Positions 1-8,600 of a DNA stretch of 64,000 nucleotides are shown one piece after another. The stretch covers positions 196,033 through 260,032 of the forward strand of contig CAZOVJ010000001.1 of NCBI GenBank assembly GCA_964583685.1. The letters are read 5' to 3'. Made by a program: the position numbers and the translations under genes. Positions within the stretch are counted from its first letter, which is position 1; each line of letters opens with the position of its first letter. The stretch comes from an uncultured Gammaproteobacteria bacterium (GTDB lineage: Bacteria; Patescibacteriota; Microgenomatia; UBA8517). The notes beneath the pieces are model-generated. The model had not been told where the DNA came from. It did not search any database and worked only from the letters and a program-made list of their open reading frames with translations.

Positions 1-402
1 CAGTCGCGATCAGAAAAGGACATAGAAATACAGAGAGCCTGAAAAGGGGGCTTGGAAGCAGAGACGAGAGACCACCTTGGTCTTCTCACTTCTTCTTCCT
101 TGCCCCTCAGATTTCCCCCCTTGACTTCGGGTTATATTCGGGATAACTTTAGATTAGTATGCTTCAAAAAATCTCTCAACCAGTATCAGTCAATTTAGTT
201 TTTGACCAGCAAAAAAGAAAAGTTTTTCCAAAATCTCTTATCTGGAACAATCACCTTTATTCCATTAAAAAGATTGGACTTCATCATACCTATCGCCAAG
301 GTAGAACCCTTTATCATGTTTTTTCGGTTAGCAGTAAAAGCTTATTTTTTCGTCTGGTTTTAAATAGCGAAAATCTTCATTGGAAATTGGAGGAAATTTC
401 TG

Positions 403-1644
403 ATGGATTACCAGATTAGTCCCACAGTTGCAGGGCTACCCTTTAATTCTCAACCACCGAGAATAATGCATCTAGACTTAAATTCCTGTTTTGCCAGTAT
501 AGAGCAGCAGGCCAATCCCTTTTTACGCGGCAAGCCGATTGCTGTTGTTGCCTATGACTCGCCGGGAGGATGTATTTTGGCTCCTTCAATTGAAGCCAAG
601 GCCTCTGGCTTGAGAACGGGAATACGGGTTAGAGAAGGAAGGCTTCTCTGTCCTAATCTAATAGTTTTAACCCCGGATCCGGACAAATATAGAAATGTCC
701 ATTTTAAATTAAAAAAGATTTTGGCAAGCTATACAGCTGATTTTCAACCTAAATCTATAGATGAATTTGTCCTTAATCTTGCCCTACAAAGCAGGATTTG
801 CAAGCAAAAAAGCTTATGGGAAATAGCAGTAGAGATGAAAAGAAGAATTAAAAATGAAATTGGTGAATGGTTGACGGTTTCTGTAGGTATTGGCCCTAAT
901 CGCTTTTTGGCCAAAACAGCCTCTAATCTTCATAAGCCGGATGGATTGGATGAGATTAATAAAAACAATTTTTTAGATGTTTATTCTGGTCTTGAGCTAG
1001 TGGATTTGTCTGGTATTGATCGAGCAAACAAAGCAAGACTGAATTCTGTTGGCATAGACAATGTTTTGGACTTTTATCATGCGAGAATGGAAAGGCTTAG
1101 AACTGCTTTTCACTCAATCCTTGGCTATTATTGGTATTTACGGCTTCGGGGGAGGGAGATAGACCAGGTAGAGTTTAGCCGACGCAGCTTTGGCAATTCC
1201 TATGCTCTACCCCATTCAAGTGGCTCGATTAAAGAGCTTTTTCCTATTTTACAAAAATTGGTTGAAAAAATGGGAGCAAGAATGCGTCGGGCTGGCTATA
1301 GGACCCGAGGAATTCACCTTTCTTTGGCATACAGGGATGGTTCTCTTTGGCACAAAGGACAAACCTTAAGGCGGGCTCTTTTCGATTCAAGGGAAGTTTA
1401 TAAACAGGTCTTGGGCCTACTTAGTCTTTGTCCTCATCGTAAGCCTGTTCATACCCTGGCAGTTTCTTGTTTTAACTTGGAAAAAGCCAATCTTTTTCAA
1501 CTAGAGCTTTTTGAGGATGTGGAGAAGAAAGTAAGATTGAGTCAGGCCATTGATGAGATTAATAAACACTGGGGAGACTTTAGTATCATTCCCGCCAGGG
1601 TTGTTCAGGCCCCCACGGCAGTCCAGGATAGAATTGCCTATTGA
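403..1644 (+). CDS. dinB: Y-family DNA polymerase IV (DinB/UmuC family)
   Basis: 413 aa complete ORF; N-terminal 'HLDLNSCFASIEQ' Y-family palm signature and overall DinB-like layout. Confidence 0.85.
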   Translation: MDYQISPTVAGLPFNSQPPRIMHLDLNSCFASIEQQANPFLRGKPIAVVAYDSPGGCILAPSIEAKASGLRTGIRVREGRLLCPNLIVLTPDPDKYRNVHFKLKKILASYTADFQPKSIDEFVLNLALQSRICKQKSLWEIAVEMKRRIKNEIGEWLTVSVGIGPNRFLAKTASNLHKPDGLDEINKNNFLDVYSGLELVDLSGIDRANKARLNSVGIDNVLDFYHARMERLRTAFHSILGYYWYLRLRGREIDQVEFSRRSFGNSYALPHSSGSIKELFPILQKLVEKMGARMRRAGYRTRGIHLSLAYRDGSLWHKGQTLRRALFDSREVYKQVLGLLSLCPHRKPVHTLAVSCFNLEKANLFQLELFEDVEKKVRLSQAIDEINKHWGDFSIIPARVVQAPTAVQDRIAY

Positions 1645-1835
1645 TTATCTTCAGCCTCGGTTTGGCCGCTTAAGATTTTTGACTCTTGTTCTGAAAGAAT
1701 CTCTTTCTTGGAGAATTTGAATGTCAACAAACAAAGAATGAGAATAAAAATAATTGCCGGAATGAAAAGAAGAAAGATGTTGAGATTATCATTAAATCTA
1801 TTAGGGTAGAGGTGTATCTTTTTTGAATGTGTCAT
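1638..1835 (-). CDS. small hypothetical membrane protein
   Basis: 65 aa ORF with one strongly hydrophobic segment; no recognisable domain. Confidence 0.25.
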   Translation of the reverse strand: MTHSKKIHLYPNRFNDNLNIFLLFIPAIIFILILCLLTFKFSKKEILSEQESKILSGQTEAEDNQ

Positions 1836-1844
1836 TATTTAATT

Positions 1845-2621
1845 TTATAATTTAGTTTCAAGGCCGTCAAAGGCAATACCAAAGCGTTGGTCTCCCGCTT
1901 CTTTGACAAAGCTCTCCAGCCTGGTGTGGGTGTCTGTTTTGTGGCCGATATTAGTAAAGAGAATTCTTTTTGCCTTTAATTCCTTTGCCAGCCTTATTCC
2001 TTCTTCAATGGTTTCATGGCCTTTTGCCTGACCGAGCCTTGTTTTGCTTGAACCGTCAATTATCAACAAATCAAGATCGCCAAGCCCTTTTTTGCTTGAA
2101 GGAAGGATTTTTCTAAACTCCGGTGCATAGAAAATTGGTTTGGGAATTTTTATTTTTATGCCCGAGGTTTCCATCTTGCCGTGTTCAACTGGAATAAACC
2201 AATAGCTAAATTTTCCCTTCAAATCTGTCTTTTTAAAGGGTTTTGCCTCTGATATTTCAAAGGCGAGCATAGAAATTCCCAATTTTCTCCGCATCAGGGA
2301 AAGAACGCCGGCGGTGGTAGTTAGTTTTATTTTGTGAGACTTATTATAAATATGGCTCAAATCATAAAGGCCGGCAATGTGGTCATCATGAGCGTGGGTG
2401 ATAAGGATATTGGTGATTTGACTGGGATTAATCTTGTTCTTTTGGAGTTGATGATAAATATCCGGCGGTGCATCAATCAGGATTTGTTTATTTATTAGAA
2501 TCGACGGTCTTAAGCGTTTATCTCTTGGGTCTTTTGAGCAACAAATCTTGCAATTACAACCGAGCCGTGGCAAAGGCCAACCAGCTGATGTGCCCAGAAA
2601 AAGTAAATTATTTTCCCCCAT
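1845..2621 (-). CDS. MBL-fold metallo-hydrolase
   Basis: 'ILITHAHDDHIAGL' HxHxDH metallo-beta-lactamase motif; start moved to internal Met (MGENNLL...) because the upstream 11 codons are a read-through of the adjacent tRNA gene. Confidence 0.7.
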   Translation of the reverse strand: MGENNLLFLGTSAGWPLPRLGCNCKICCSKDPRDKRLRPSILINKQILIDAPPDIYHQLQKNKINPSQITNILITHAHDDHIAGLYDLSHIYNKSHKIKLTTTAGVLSLMRRKLGISMLAFEISEAKPFKKTDLKGKFSYWFIPVEHGKMETSGIKIKIPKPIFYAPEFRKILPSSKKGLGDLDLLIIDGSSKTRLGQAKGHETIEEGIRLAKELKAKRILFTNIGHKTDTHTRLESFVKEAGDQRFGIAFDGLETKL

Positions 2622-2624
2622 TAT

Positions 2625-2713
2625 TGGTGCCGAAGGTGGGAGTCGAACCCACACTCCCGTTAACGGGAACAGGATCCTAAATCCTGCGCGTCTACCAGTT
2701 CCGCCACCTCGGC
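2625..2713 (-). tRNA. tRNA-Leu(TAG), class II with long variable arm
   Basis: Manual cloverleaf on minus strand: acceptor GCCGAGG/CCTCGGC, anticodon loop TTTAGGA, T-arm GGGTTCGACTCCC, CCA encoded. Confidence 0.8.
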
Positions 2714-2740
2714 GTATCCTTATTATATTATAACAAAAAA

Positions 2741-2768
2741 AGACCCCCGTTGCCGGGGGTCAAAAAAG
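2741..2768 (-). terminator. rho-independent terminator hairpin (GACCCCCG-loop-CGGGGGTC) followed by T-run on minus strand
   Basis: Perfect 8-bp GC stem with 4-nt loop and poly-T on minus strand downstream of methyltransferase gene; A-run on plus side too, so possibly bidirectional. Confidence 0.6.
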
Positions 2769-2900
2769 TTCTAACGCTTCACCCGAAAAATCGGAAAGCC
2801 TCAGAACGTGGATATACTATAACAAAATTCTATAAGCTTGTCAAGTTTTCGGATATAATCTTACAGGTTTTATCTATAGGATACTTATGTATATCCTTTT

Positions 2901-3659
2901 CTACCCTTTTTTCTGAGCGAGAATAAAAATGGATGGACCAAAATTGGTACAAGCCAAACATTTCTGGAACTTTCTTTCAATAAACAAAAGAAGAGAGAGT
3001 GGTATATTTCTTTTCAAGAAAGAGTTTCTGATATTGGATACTGACCTGGTTTCAATAATTTGGAAGCCATGCCTTCTCATTTTTTCTTTAATGATTCCCG
3101 GGTGATAATTTAAGAATGGAAGGGAGTTCTTTTTTCGAGCGCTTTTACTTCGTCTATCGATGGGAAAAATATCAATAGGAAAAATAAAGTTCCCTTTTAA
3201 AAAATTACGAAGAAGCGCTTTCCAATGGGTCTTGTTGGGAAATTCCAGAATAAAATACCCCTTTGGTGAAAGGAGTTTTTGAATGATTGTAAAAGCTTTG
3301 TCAGGATTTTTAATATGGTGGATAACTCTGACCATCATGATAAAGTCAAAACTAGCCCGAGGCAATTTCTTGGTCAGATTTTCTAAACCAGATTGTAAAA
3401 ATTTAATTTTCCTATTGGATTTGAATCTTTTTTTGGCCTCTTTTAAAGCTCTGGCTGAGGGGTCACATAAAACAATACTTTTTGACTTGAAGATATAGTA
3501 AGGCGTGTGCCGTCCGAATCCGCAGCCAATATCTAGGATTTTTGAAATTTTGGGAATCTTTAGGAGGAAATTTTTAATGGCGATTACTTCGCTTTCGTGT
3601 TCGTATTTTCTCTCCTGCCAATAAGAAATGTAATCGTAAGTGTCATATGCTTCGGTCAT
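2901..3659 (-). CDS. class I SAM-dependent methyltransferase
   Basis: 252 aa; motif I 'LDIGCGFGRHT' and post-I acidic residue. Confidence 0.7.
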   Translation of the reverse strand: MTEAYDTYDYISYWQERKYEHESEVIAIKNFLLKIPKISKILDIGCGFGRHTPYYIFKSKSIVLCDPSARALKEAKKRFKSNRKIKFLQSGLENLTKKLPRASFDFIMMVRVIHHIKNPDKAFTIIQKLLSPKGYFILEFPNKTHWKALLRNFLKGNFIFPIDIFPIDRRSKSARKKNSLPFLNYHPGIIKEKMRRHGFQIIETRSVSNIRNSFLKRNIPLSLLLFIERKFQKCLACTNFGPSIFILAQKKG

Positions 3660-3681
3660 AATAAGCTATGATTGCCTAGGG

Positions 3682-4305
3682 TTATTGCATTCTGTCCATG
3701 AATTTCCTTACGCCCTCGGCCCAGGAGCCATTTGATAAAGGTGTGTATTTACTCATAATTTCTTCTAATCCAACATATCCTTCATCAACATAGTTTTCCC
3801 TTAAGCCTTTTGTTACTACCTCTATGCCTTCTTCAAAAGATTCAAATCCCAAAACGCCCTTACTATGTATTCCCCAACCCCAGCAATTGTAGCTATTAAA
3901 AGGGATTTTTTTACACAGGCCAGACTCCTTATGGGCAATGGCTGTTGTTAAGCGGAAGTCAATATTATAACGGTCGGAGGCGGTAACAATTTGACTTGCG
4001 AATGCTTCAAGTGGAGAGTTATACTCGGCCAGATATTGTCGGATTATCTCTGTTCTGGCATCTGAGACAGATATTTCCCCTGAAATTTTCGGAATTGTTC
4101 CTGGAAGAGAGGCATAAACCTTAACTCCTGATTTGGAAAATTTTATTGACTCCTCTTTAGCGAGAACCTGATTATTAATTGGTTGGGTTTTTGTCAGAAC
4201 AACGAGAGAAAAAAGGCTTGTTCCCAGAACAAGCGGCGTGATGGTGAAAAAAACAGAAGTCAAAAGGATGTTTTTCCACATTTGAACACTAAGCCAGCAT
4301 GCCAC
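3682..4305 (-). CDS. secreted/membrane-anchored hypothetical protein (possible glucosaminidase-like cell-wall hydrolase)
   Basis: 207 aa; N-terminal hydrophobic signal/anchor; C-terminal 'YNCWGWGIHSKG' region; no firm domain assignment. Confidence 0.35.
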   Translation of the reverse strand: MACWLSVQMWKNILLTSVFFTITPLVLGTSLFSLVVLTKTQPINNQVLAKEESIKFSKSGVKVYASLPGTIPKISGEISVSDARTEIIRQYLAEYNSPLEAFASQIVTASDRYNIDFRLTTAIAHKESGLCKKIPFNSYNCWGWGIHSKGVLGFESFEEGIEVVTKGLRENYVDEGYVGLEEIMSKYTPLSNGSWAEGVRKFMDRMQ

Positions 4306-4389
4306 AAAGAAAGGGGAAAAGTCAAGCTATTATAGACCTTAGATTTTATTTCAGAGGCCTTATTTGTTATAATTAGCAAGAATTTACAA

Positions 4390-4473
4390 GCCAGAGTGCT
4401 GGAATTGGTAGACAGGCACGGTTCAGAACCGTGTGCCCTTTTGGGCGTGGAGGTTCGAGTCCTCTCTCTGGCA
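4390..4473 (+). tRNA. tRNA-Leu(CAG)
   Basis: Acceptor GCCAGAG/CTCTGGC, anticodon loop TTCAGAA, long variable arm, T-arm GGTTCGAGTCC. Confidence 0.8.
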
Positions 4474-4482
4474 CAAGTACTA

Positions 4483-4567
4483 GCGGGAATGGCGGAAATG
4501 GTAGACGCGCAGTCTTGAGGAGGCTGTGCCGTAAGGCGTGGAGGTTCGAGTCCTCTTTCCCGCACCA
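4483..4567 (+). tRNA. tRNA-Leu(GAG)
   Basis: Acceptor GCGGGAA/TTCCCGC, anticodon loop TTGAGGA, long variable arm, encoded CCA. Confidence 0.75.
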
Positions 4568-4570
4568 GAT

Positions 4571-4644
4571 GAACCCGTAGCTCAGTTGGCTAGAGCGCCC
4601 CGTTTACATCGGGAAGGTCGCAGGTTCGAATCCTGCCGGGTTCA
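4571..4644 (+). tRNA. tRNA-Val(TAC)
   Basis: Acceptor GAACCCG/CGGGTTC, anticodon loop TTTACAT, T-arm GCAGGTTCGAATCCTGC. Confidence 0.75.
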
Positions 4645-4688
4645 CCCGAGTTTAACTCGGTGACAAGCAAGCCTAGCTTGCTCACCCA

Positions 4689-4761
4689 GCCGAGGTAGCC
4701 AAGTTGGTCATGGCGGGCGCCTGAAGAGCGTCAGATGGGGGTTCGATTCCCTCCCTCGGCA
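4689..4761 (+). tRNA. tRNA-Phe(GAA)
   Basis: Acceptor GCCGAGG/CCTCGGC, anticodon loop CTGAAGA, T-arm GGGGGTTCGATTCCCTC. Confidence 0.7.
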
Positions 4762-4785
4762 CACCTCACCCTGAAATGACGAGGT

Positions 4786-4858
4786 GCGGGAGTAGCTCAG
4801 TTGGTAGAGTGTCTCGTTGCCAACGAGAAGGTCGCGGGTTCAAATCCCGTCTCCCGCT
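4786..4858 (+). tRNA. tRNA-Gly(GCC)
   Basis: Acceptor GCGGGAG/CTCCCGC, anticodon loop TTGCCAA, T-arm GCGGGTTCAAATCCCGT. Confidence 0.8.
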
Positions 4859-4876
4859 CAAAGGCTTTAATGATAG

Positions 4877-4950
4877 GCCGGTATAGCTCAAGCGGAAAGA
4901 GCGACTCCCTTCTAAGGAGTAGGTTGCAGGTTCGAGTCCTGCTACCGGCA
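4877..4950 (+). tRNA. tRNA-Arg(TCT)
   Basis: Acceptor GCCGGTA/TACCGGC, anticodon stem ACTCC/GGAGT with loop CTTCTAA, T-arm GCAGGTTCGAGTCCTGC. Confidence 0.8.
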
Positions 4951-4989
4951 CAATAACCTAATAGTCCAGGGAGGACAGGTCCCATCCTT

Positions 4990-5061
4990 GGGCCGCTAGC
5001 TCAATGGCAGAGCAACCGGCTCTTAACCGGTAGGTTACAGGTTCAAGTCCTGTGCGGCTCA
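4990..5061 (+). tRNA. tRNA-Lys(CTT)
   Basis: Acceptor GGGCCGC/GCGGCTC (one G-U), anticodon stem ACCGG/CCGGT loop CTCTTAA, T-arm ACAGGTTCAAGTCCTGT. Confidence 0.75.
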
Positions 5062-5733
5062 CTTTAAAGTTACTTCTATAAATTTATGATATGGGGAGCC
5101 CGTTTGGTTACAAGAAATGATTAAATTTCTTACTGGATAAAGCAATTTATTTTTTAATAAGAATATCGACTTCCTTTTGTGACACAAAAATTGAGCTATC
5201 TTTTCGTGGGTTTTGATGTTTATTCCATTGAATATTTCTACTTTCTTTGTTCGGGGTATTTCTTTAAATTTTCTGACAAAACCCTCAACATTAAAAATTC
5301 CATATTTAATATGCTCTTTCAAATGTTTGGAGTAGTAGCCTTTTTTGTTTAAGAACCGATCTAACTTTTTGTCAGACTGGTAGGCAATTGAGCCATTTGG
5401 AACCGAAAGAATAATCTTTTTTTTGGCGATTTTATACATTTGTTCGACAGCAAACATTCTTTTCTTGGGAGTAATGTGTTCTATCACGTCAATGGCGACC
5501 ACAACATCAAAGTGAGGAAAATAATCTGGAAGAGGCTTGGTTATATTCAGATATTCCCATCCACCATTGATGTCTGTTGTCCTAACATTTTTAAACCCAA
5601 AATATTTTAAGCCGTACTCTCCCGCTCCAATTTCAAGGAGAGAAACATCTTTCCTCTTTAGGTTCTTGATGCAAGACTGATATCTTTCGAAAACATCAAA
5701 CCGCCATTTCAAGATATTTCGCAGAGTTTTCAT
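5059..5733 (-). CDS. class I SAM-dependent methyltransferase
   Basis: 224 aa; 'VSLLEIGAGEYG' motif I and 'VVVAIDVIEHI' motif II. Confidence 0.6.
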   Translation of the reverse strand: MKTLRNILKWRFDVFERYQSCIKNLKRKDVSLLEIGAGEYGLKYFGFKNVRTTDINGGWEYLNITKPLPDYFPHFDVVVAIDVIEHITPKKRMFAVEQMYKIAKKKIILSVPNGSIAYQSDKKLDRFLNKKGYYSKHLKEHIKYGIFNVEGFVRKFKEIPRTKKVEIFNGINIKTHEKIAQFLCHKRKSIFLLKNKLLYPVRNLIISCNQTGSPYHKFIEVTLK

Positions 5734-5780
5734 TTCGATAAACCGCTTCAGGATTAATTAGATTTTAACATGAAAAGAAA

Positions 5781-6875
5781 CTAGATAAATCTCACCTGCA
5801 TGCCTTCGCGCACTGGAGTTGTTAGAGAGACCTCTTGGCCCGGATATTTAGCTCCCCTTCCCCAGATTTTTGCACTTTTTTTATTTTCGGCAAATTCGCT
5901 GCCTATTTTTTCAGCAACATTTCTTAAAGTCTGCCTTTTTTTCATAATAATTGGCTTTTCAAGACTTAATTTTTCCTGAGCTTTTACTGGATAGATACGG
6001 ATTAACAATAATCTTTTCCATATTTCCTGCCTAAGTTTTTCTAGTCCGATATTTTGTCGGGCACTGATAAAAAGGGTGCCACGGCCATGAATTGGGGGGT
6101 AACGGTGCTCTTTCGGAGCTAAATCTGTTTTATTAACTACAAAAATAGCTGGAATATAAACCCGGTTTGGACTGAGAGCATCAATTAATCTGTCGATTGT
6201 TAGCTTTTCTTTTATAGTTATTTCAGCGTTTTTGATACCCAATTCAGCGGCCACTGCTTTTATTGTTTCCTTGTCTAATCTCTGCTTGATATTTGAATGG
6301 ATTACTATTCCCCCAAGAGCTTTTTTCTCAAGACTAACTCGGGGGGGCTGGCAATTGATTCTAATACCGCTTTTCCGAAAGGCTGATTTTATCCTTTTAA
6401 AAGCTTGCTTTTTATTGATTTCGCTTATTAAGATAATTAAATCAGCTGCCCTGACAACCGAAAGAACTTCCCTCCCCTTCCCTTTTCCTTCTTCTGCTCC
6501 CTCAATAAGACCGGGAACATCGAGAATTTGAATTTTTGCATCCTTGTATTCCATCATGCCTGGGACTACGGTTAAGGTGGTAAAGGCATAAGGAGCAATC
6601 TTACTTTTGGCATTGGTCAGCTTGTTTAAAAGGGTTGATTTGCCTACCGAGGGGAAACCAACTAGGACAACGGTTGCATCACCTTGTTTTTTGATTGCAT
6701 AACTCCGCCGACTGGCGGATCCACCACCCTTTTTAGATAATCTCTCTAACTGCTTTGCTCGAAGTTTTGAAAGCTTGGCGCGGAGTTTGCCGACATGGTG
6801 CTCGGTCGCCTTGTGATAGGGTGTCTTTCTGATTTCTTCTGTAATTGTCTGAATTTGTTCCTCTATTGAGCTCAT
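5781..6875 (-). CDS. DRG-family (developmentally regulated GTP-binding protein-like) OBG-class GTPase with C-terminal TGS domain
   Basis: 364 aa; N-terminal 'KTPYHKATEHHVGKLRAKLSKLR' DRG hallmark, G1 'GFPSVGKSTLL', 'PYAFTTL', 'DVPGLIEGAEEGKGKG'; distinct from the canonical Obg at 33343-34284. Confidence 0.75.
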   Translation of the reverse strand: MSSIEEQIQTITEEIRKTPYHKATEHHVGKLRAKLSKLRAKQLERLSKKGGGSASRRSYAIKKQGDATVVLVGFPSVGKSTLLNKLTNAKSKIAPYAFTTLTVVPGMMEYKDAKIQILDVPGLIEGAEEGKGKGREVLSVVRAADLIILISEINKKQAFKRIKSAFRKSGIRINCQPPRVSLEKKALGGIVIHSNIKQRLDKETIKAVAAELGIKNAEITIKEKLTIDRLIDALSPNRVYIPAIFVVNKTDLAPKEHRYPPIHGRGTLFISARQNIGLEKLRQEIWKRLLLIRIYPVKAQEKLSLEKPIIMKKRQTLRNVAEKIGSEFAENKKSAKIWGRGAKYPGQEVSLTTPVREGMQVRFI

Positions 6876-6917
6876 TTAGTGTATAATTGTACAGGAAATA
6901 AGGGTTAAGAGACTAGA

Positions 6918-6989
6918 GCACCCGTAGCTTAATGGATAGAGCAGGTGGCTTCGGACCATCTGATGGGGGTTCGACTCCCTCCGGGTGCA
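6918..6989 (+). tRNA. tRNA-Arg(TCG)
   Basis: Acceptor GCACCCG/CGGGTGC, anticodon loop CTTCGGA, T-arm GGGGGTTCGACTCCCTC. Confidence 0.75.
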
Positions 6990-7175
6990 CAGAAATTCAG
7001 AACGTAAAATTTTGCTGGGCGCAGGTGCGGGTTGCGCCAGTAAATAATGTGGTGGAATCGGCGAAAAATCCAGCCGTTTATTTTCTTAACAAAAAAAGAA
7101 TAACGCAAAAATTTTCGGCGCTTATTTAAATTTATATCGTGAAAAGTGAAAAGCAAGTAATAAATTGCTAAAATA

Positions 7176-7811
7176 GTGAAAATAGGAATAGAAAATCCAC
7201 TCTCATTATCTCCCGAAGATTTGGGCCAGCGAGTTCTGGATAGAGACTTTTTTGATAGGAGGACAAAGGAAGTGGCCAGAGGTTTGCTTGGAAAGATTTT
7301 GGTAAGAAAAATAGGAGACAAAATTATTGCCGGGAAAATAGTGGAAGTGGAAGCATATATAGGAGAACACGACCCCGCGGCCCACGTTTCTGCAGGGCGC
7401 ACTGGAAGAACAGAAGTCCTGTACGACGAACCAGGCAATGCATACATCTTTAAAATCCGTGGGCATCATTGTCTCAATGCAGTAGCTGAAGAAGAAAATA
7501 GTCCGGGCTGCGTTCTGATAAGGGCAATTGAGCCTATATTGGGAATCAATGAAATGAAAAAGCTCAGAGGTCTCCATGTCAAAAGAAATAGAGATTTAAC
7601 CAATGGGCCCGGGAAATTGTGTCAAGCTTTTGACATAGATATGGATTTATATGGAGCCGATCTTACTAGCGGAGATTCGTTATTATTTATTGCTGAAAAT
7701 GAGGAGGGTGAAGACTTCAAGATAGAAACTACCAAAAGAATCGGAATAACAAAAGCTTCTGATTGGGAATTACGCTATACTATAAAAGGCAATAAGTTCG
7801 TTTCAAAATGA
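7176..7811 (+). CDS. mpg: DNA-3-methyladenine glycosylase (Mpg/AAG family)
   Basis: 211 aa; 'FFDRRTKEVARGLLGKIL...GKIVEVEAYIGEHDPAAH...PGNAYI' matches methylpurine-DNA glycosylase fold. Confidence 0.8.
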   Translation: MKIGIENPLSLSPEDLGQRVLDRDFFDRRTKEVARGLLGKILVRKIGDKIIAGKIVEVEAYIGEHDPAAHVSAGRTGRTEVLYDEPGNAYIFKIRGHHCLNAVAEEENSPGCVLIRAIEPILGINEMKKLRGLHVKRNRDLTNGPGKLCQAFDIDMDLYGADLTSGDSLLFIAENEEGEDFKIETTKRIGITKASDWELRYTIKGNKFVSK

Positions 7812-8353
7812 AAAAGATTATCTTTGTCACCACAAACGAAAATAAAATAAGAGAAGCATCGGAAATACTTGGTATAAAAGTAGAACCTAAAGATCTTAAA
7901 GTAGATGAGGTTCAAACACTCGACCCCTTAGAATGTGTTAAGAAAAAAGCAGAAATTGCCTATAGACTTGCCAGAATTCCAATTCTAGTTGAGGATACTA
8001 GCTTATTTTTTAGCGCCTGGGGAAAACTTCCTGGTGTATTTATTGATTACTTTATGAAATCTCTTGGTAATCAGGGAATTCTGAAATTACTTTTCGACGA
8101 AAGCAATAGGTCAGCGACAGCTCAGACAAGTTTATGTTACTTCAACGGCAAGAAAAACGTCGTCACAACCGGCAAAGTAAGGGGCAAAATTGCCGAAAAA
8201 ATGCGAGGCGATAAAGGGTTTGGTTGGGATCCAATTTTCATTCCCCGGGGCAAAAATAAGACTTTTGCGGAGATGACCAATCTTGAGAAAAATAGCTTAT
8301 CTATGAGAAAAATAGCTTTAGAAGAGCTAAAAGCTAAACTTGCTGTTCGTTAG
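7808..8353 (+). CDS. rdgB: non-canonical purine NTP pyrophosphatase (RdgB/HAM1 family)
   Basis: 181 aa; 'IIFVTTNENKIREASEILG' N-terminus and 'GFGWDPIF' motif; 4-bp overlap with mpg. Confidence 0.85.
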   Translation: MKKIIFVTTNENKIREASEILGIKVEPKDLKVDEVQTLDPLECVKKKAEIAYRLARIPILVEDTSLFFSAWGKLPGVFIDYFMKSLGNQGILKLLFDESNRSATAQTSLCYFNGKKNVVTTGKVRGKIAEKMRGDKGFGWDPIFIPRGKNKTFAEMTNLEKNSLSMRKIALEELKAKLAVR

Positions 8354-8600
8354 CTTTCTCTATCTTTTTTAAAGCCAGTGCTTCTCTAAACGACATTGAC
8401 TTTCTCATGTGTGAAAACTTGTCATTCTCCCAGGTGACATATACATATTCTTCTTCATCAACAATTTCATCTATTACTCCACGGTCTCCCGGTTCGACTA
8501 TTAAAGGATAGTCGTCGAACTGTTCGACAGTCCAGGAAAGGAGTTTTGTAGCTTCCACTTCATCACCGGGTTCTAATGATGGTCTGCGTTCGCTAGTCAT
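8334..8600 (-). CDS. hypothetical acidic small protein
   Basis: 88 aa ORF translationally coupled (8-bp overlap) to the downstream tmk gene. Confidence 0.4.
   Translation of the reverse strand: MTSERRPSLEPGDEVEATKLLSWTVEQFDDYPLIVEPGDRGVIDEIVDEEEYVYVTWENDKFSHMRKSMSFREALALKKIEKANEQQV

Noticed and set aside
2468-2733. ORFs 2468-2680(+) and 2548-2733(+), and the N-terminal 'MWVRLPPSAPIM' extension of the MBL hydrolase
   Set aside because: They overlap or read through tRNA-Leu(TAG). 'VRLPPSAP' is the typical translation of a tRNA T-arm/acceptor. The hydrolase start was moved to the internal Met.
4260-4985. Six-frame ORFs 4260-4565(-), 4766-4951(-) and 4797-4985(-)
   Set aside because: They run antisense through the seven-tRNA array, and their translations are read-throughs of tRNA sequence, for example 'ERGLEPPRL'.
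6232-7577. ORFs 6232-6531(+), 6929-7447(-), 6932-7129(+) and 7206-7577(-)
   Set aside because: They are antisense to the DRG GTPase or mpg genes or overlap tRNA-Arg. They are low-complexity and have no support.
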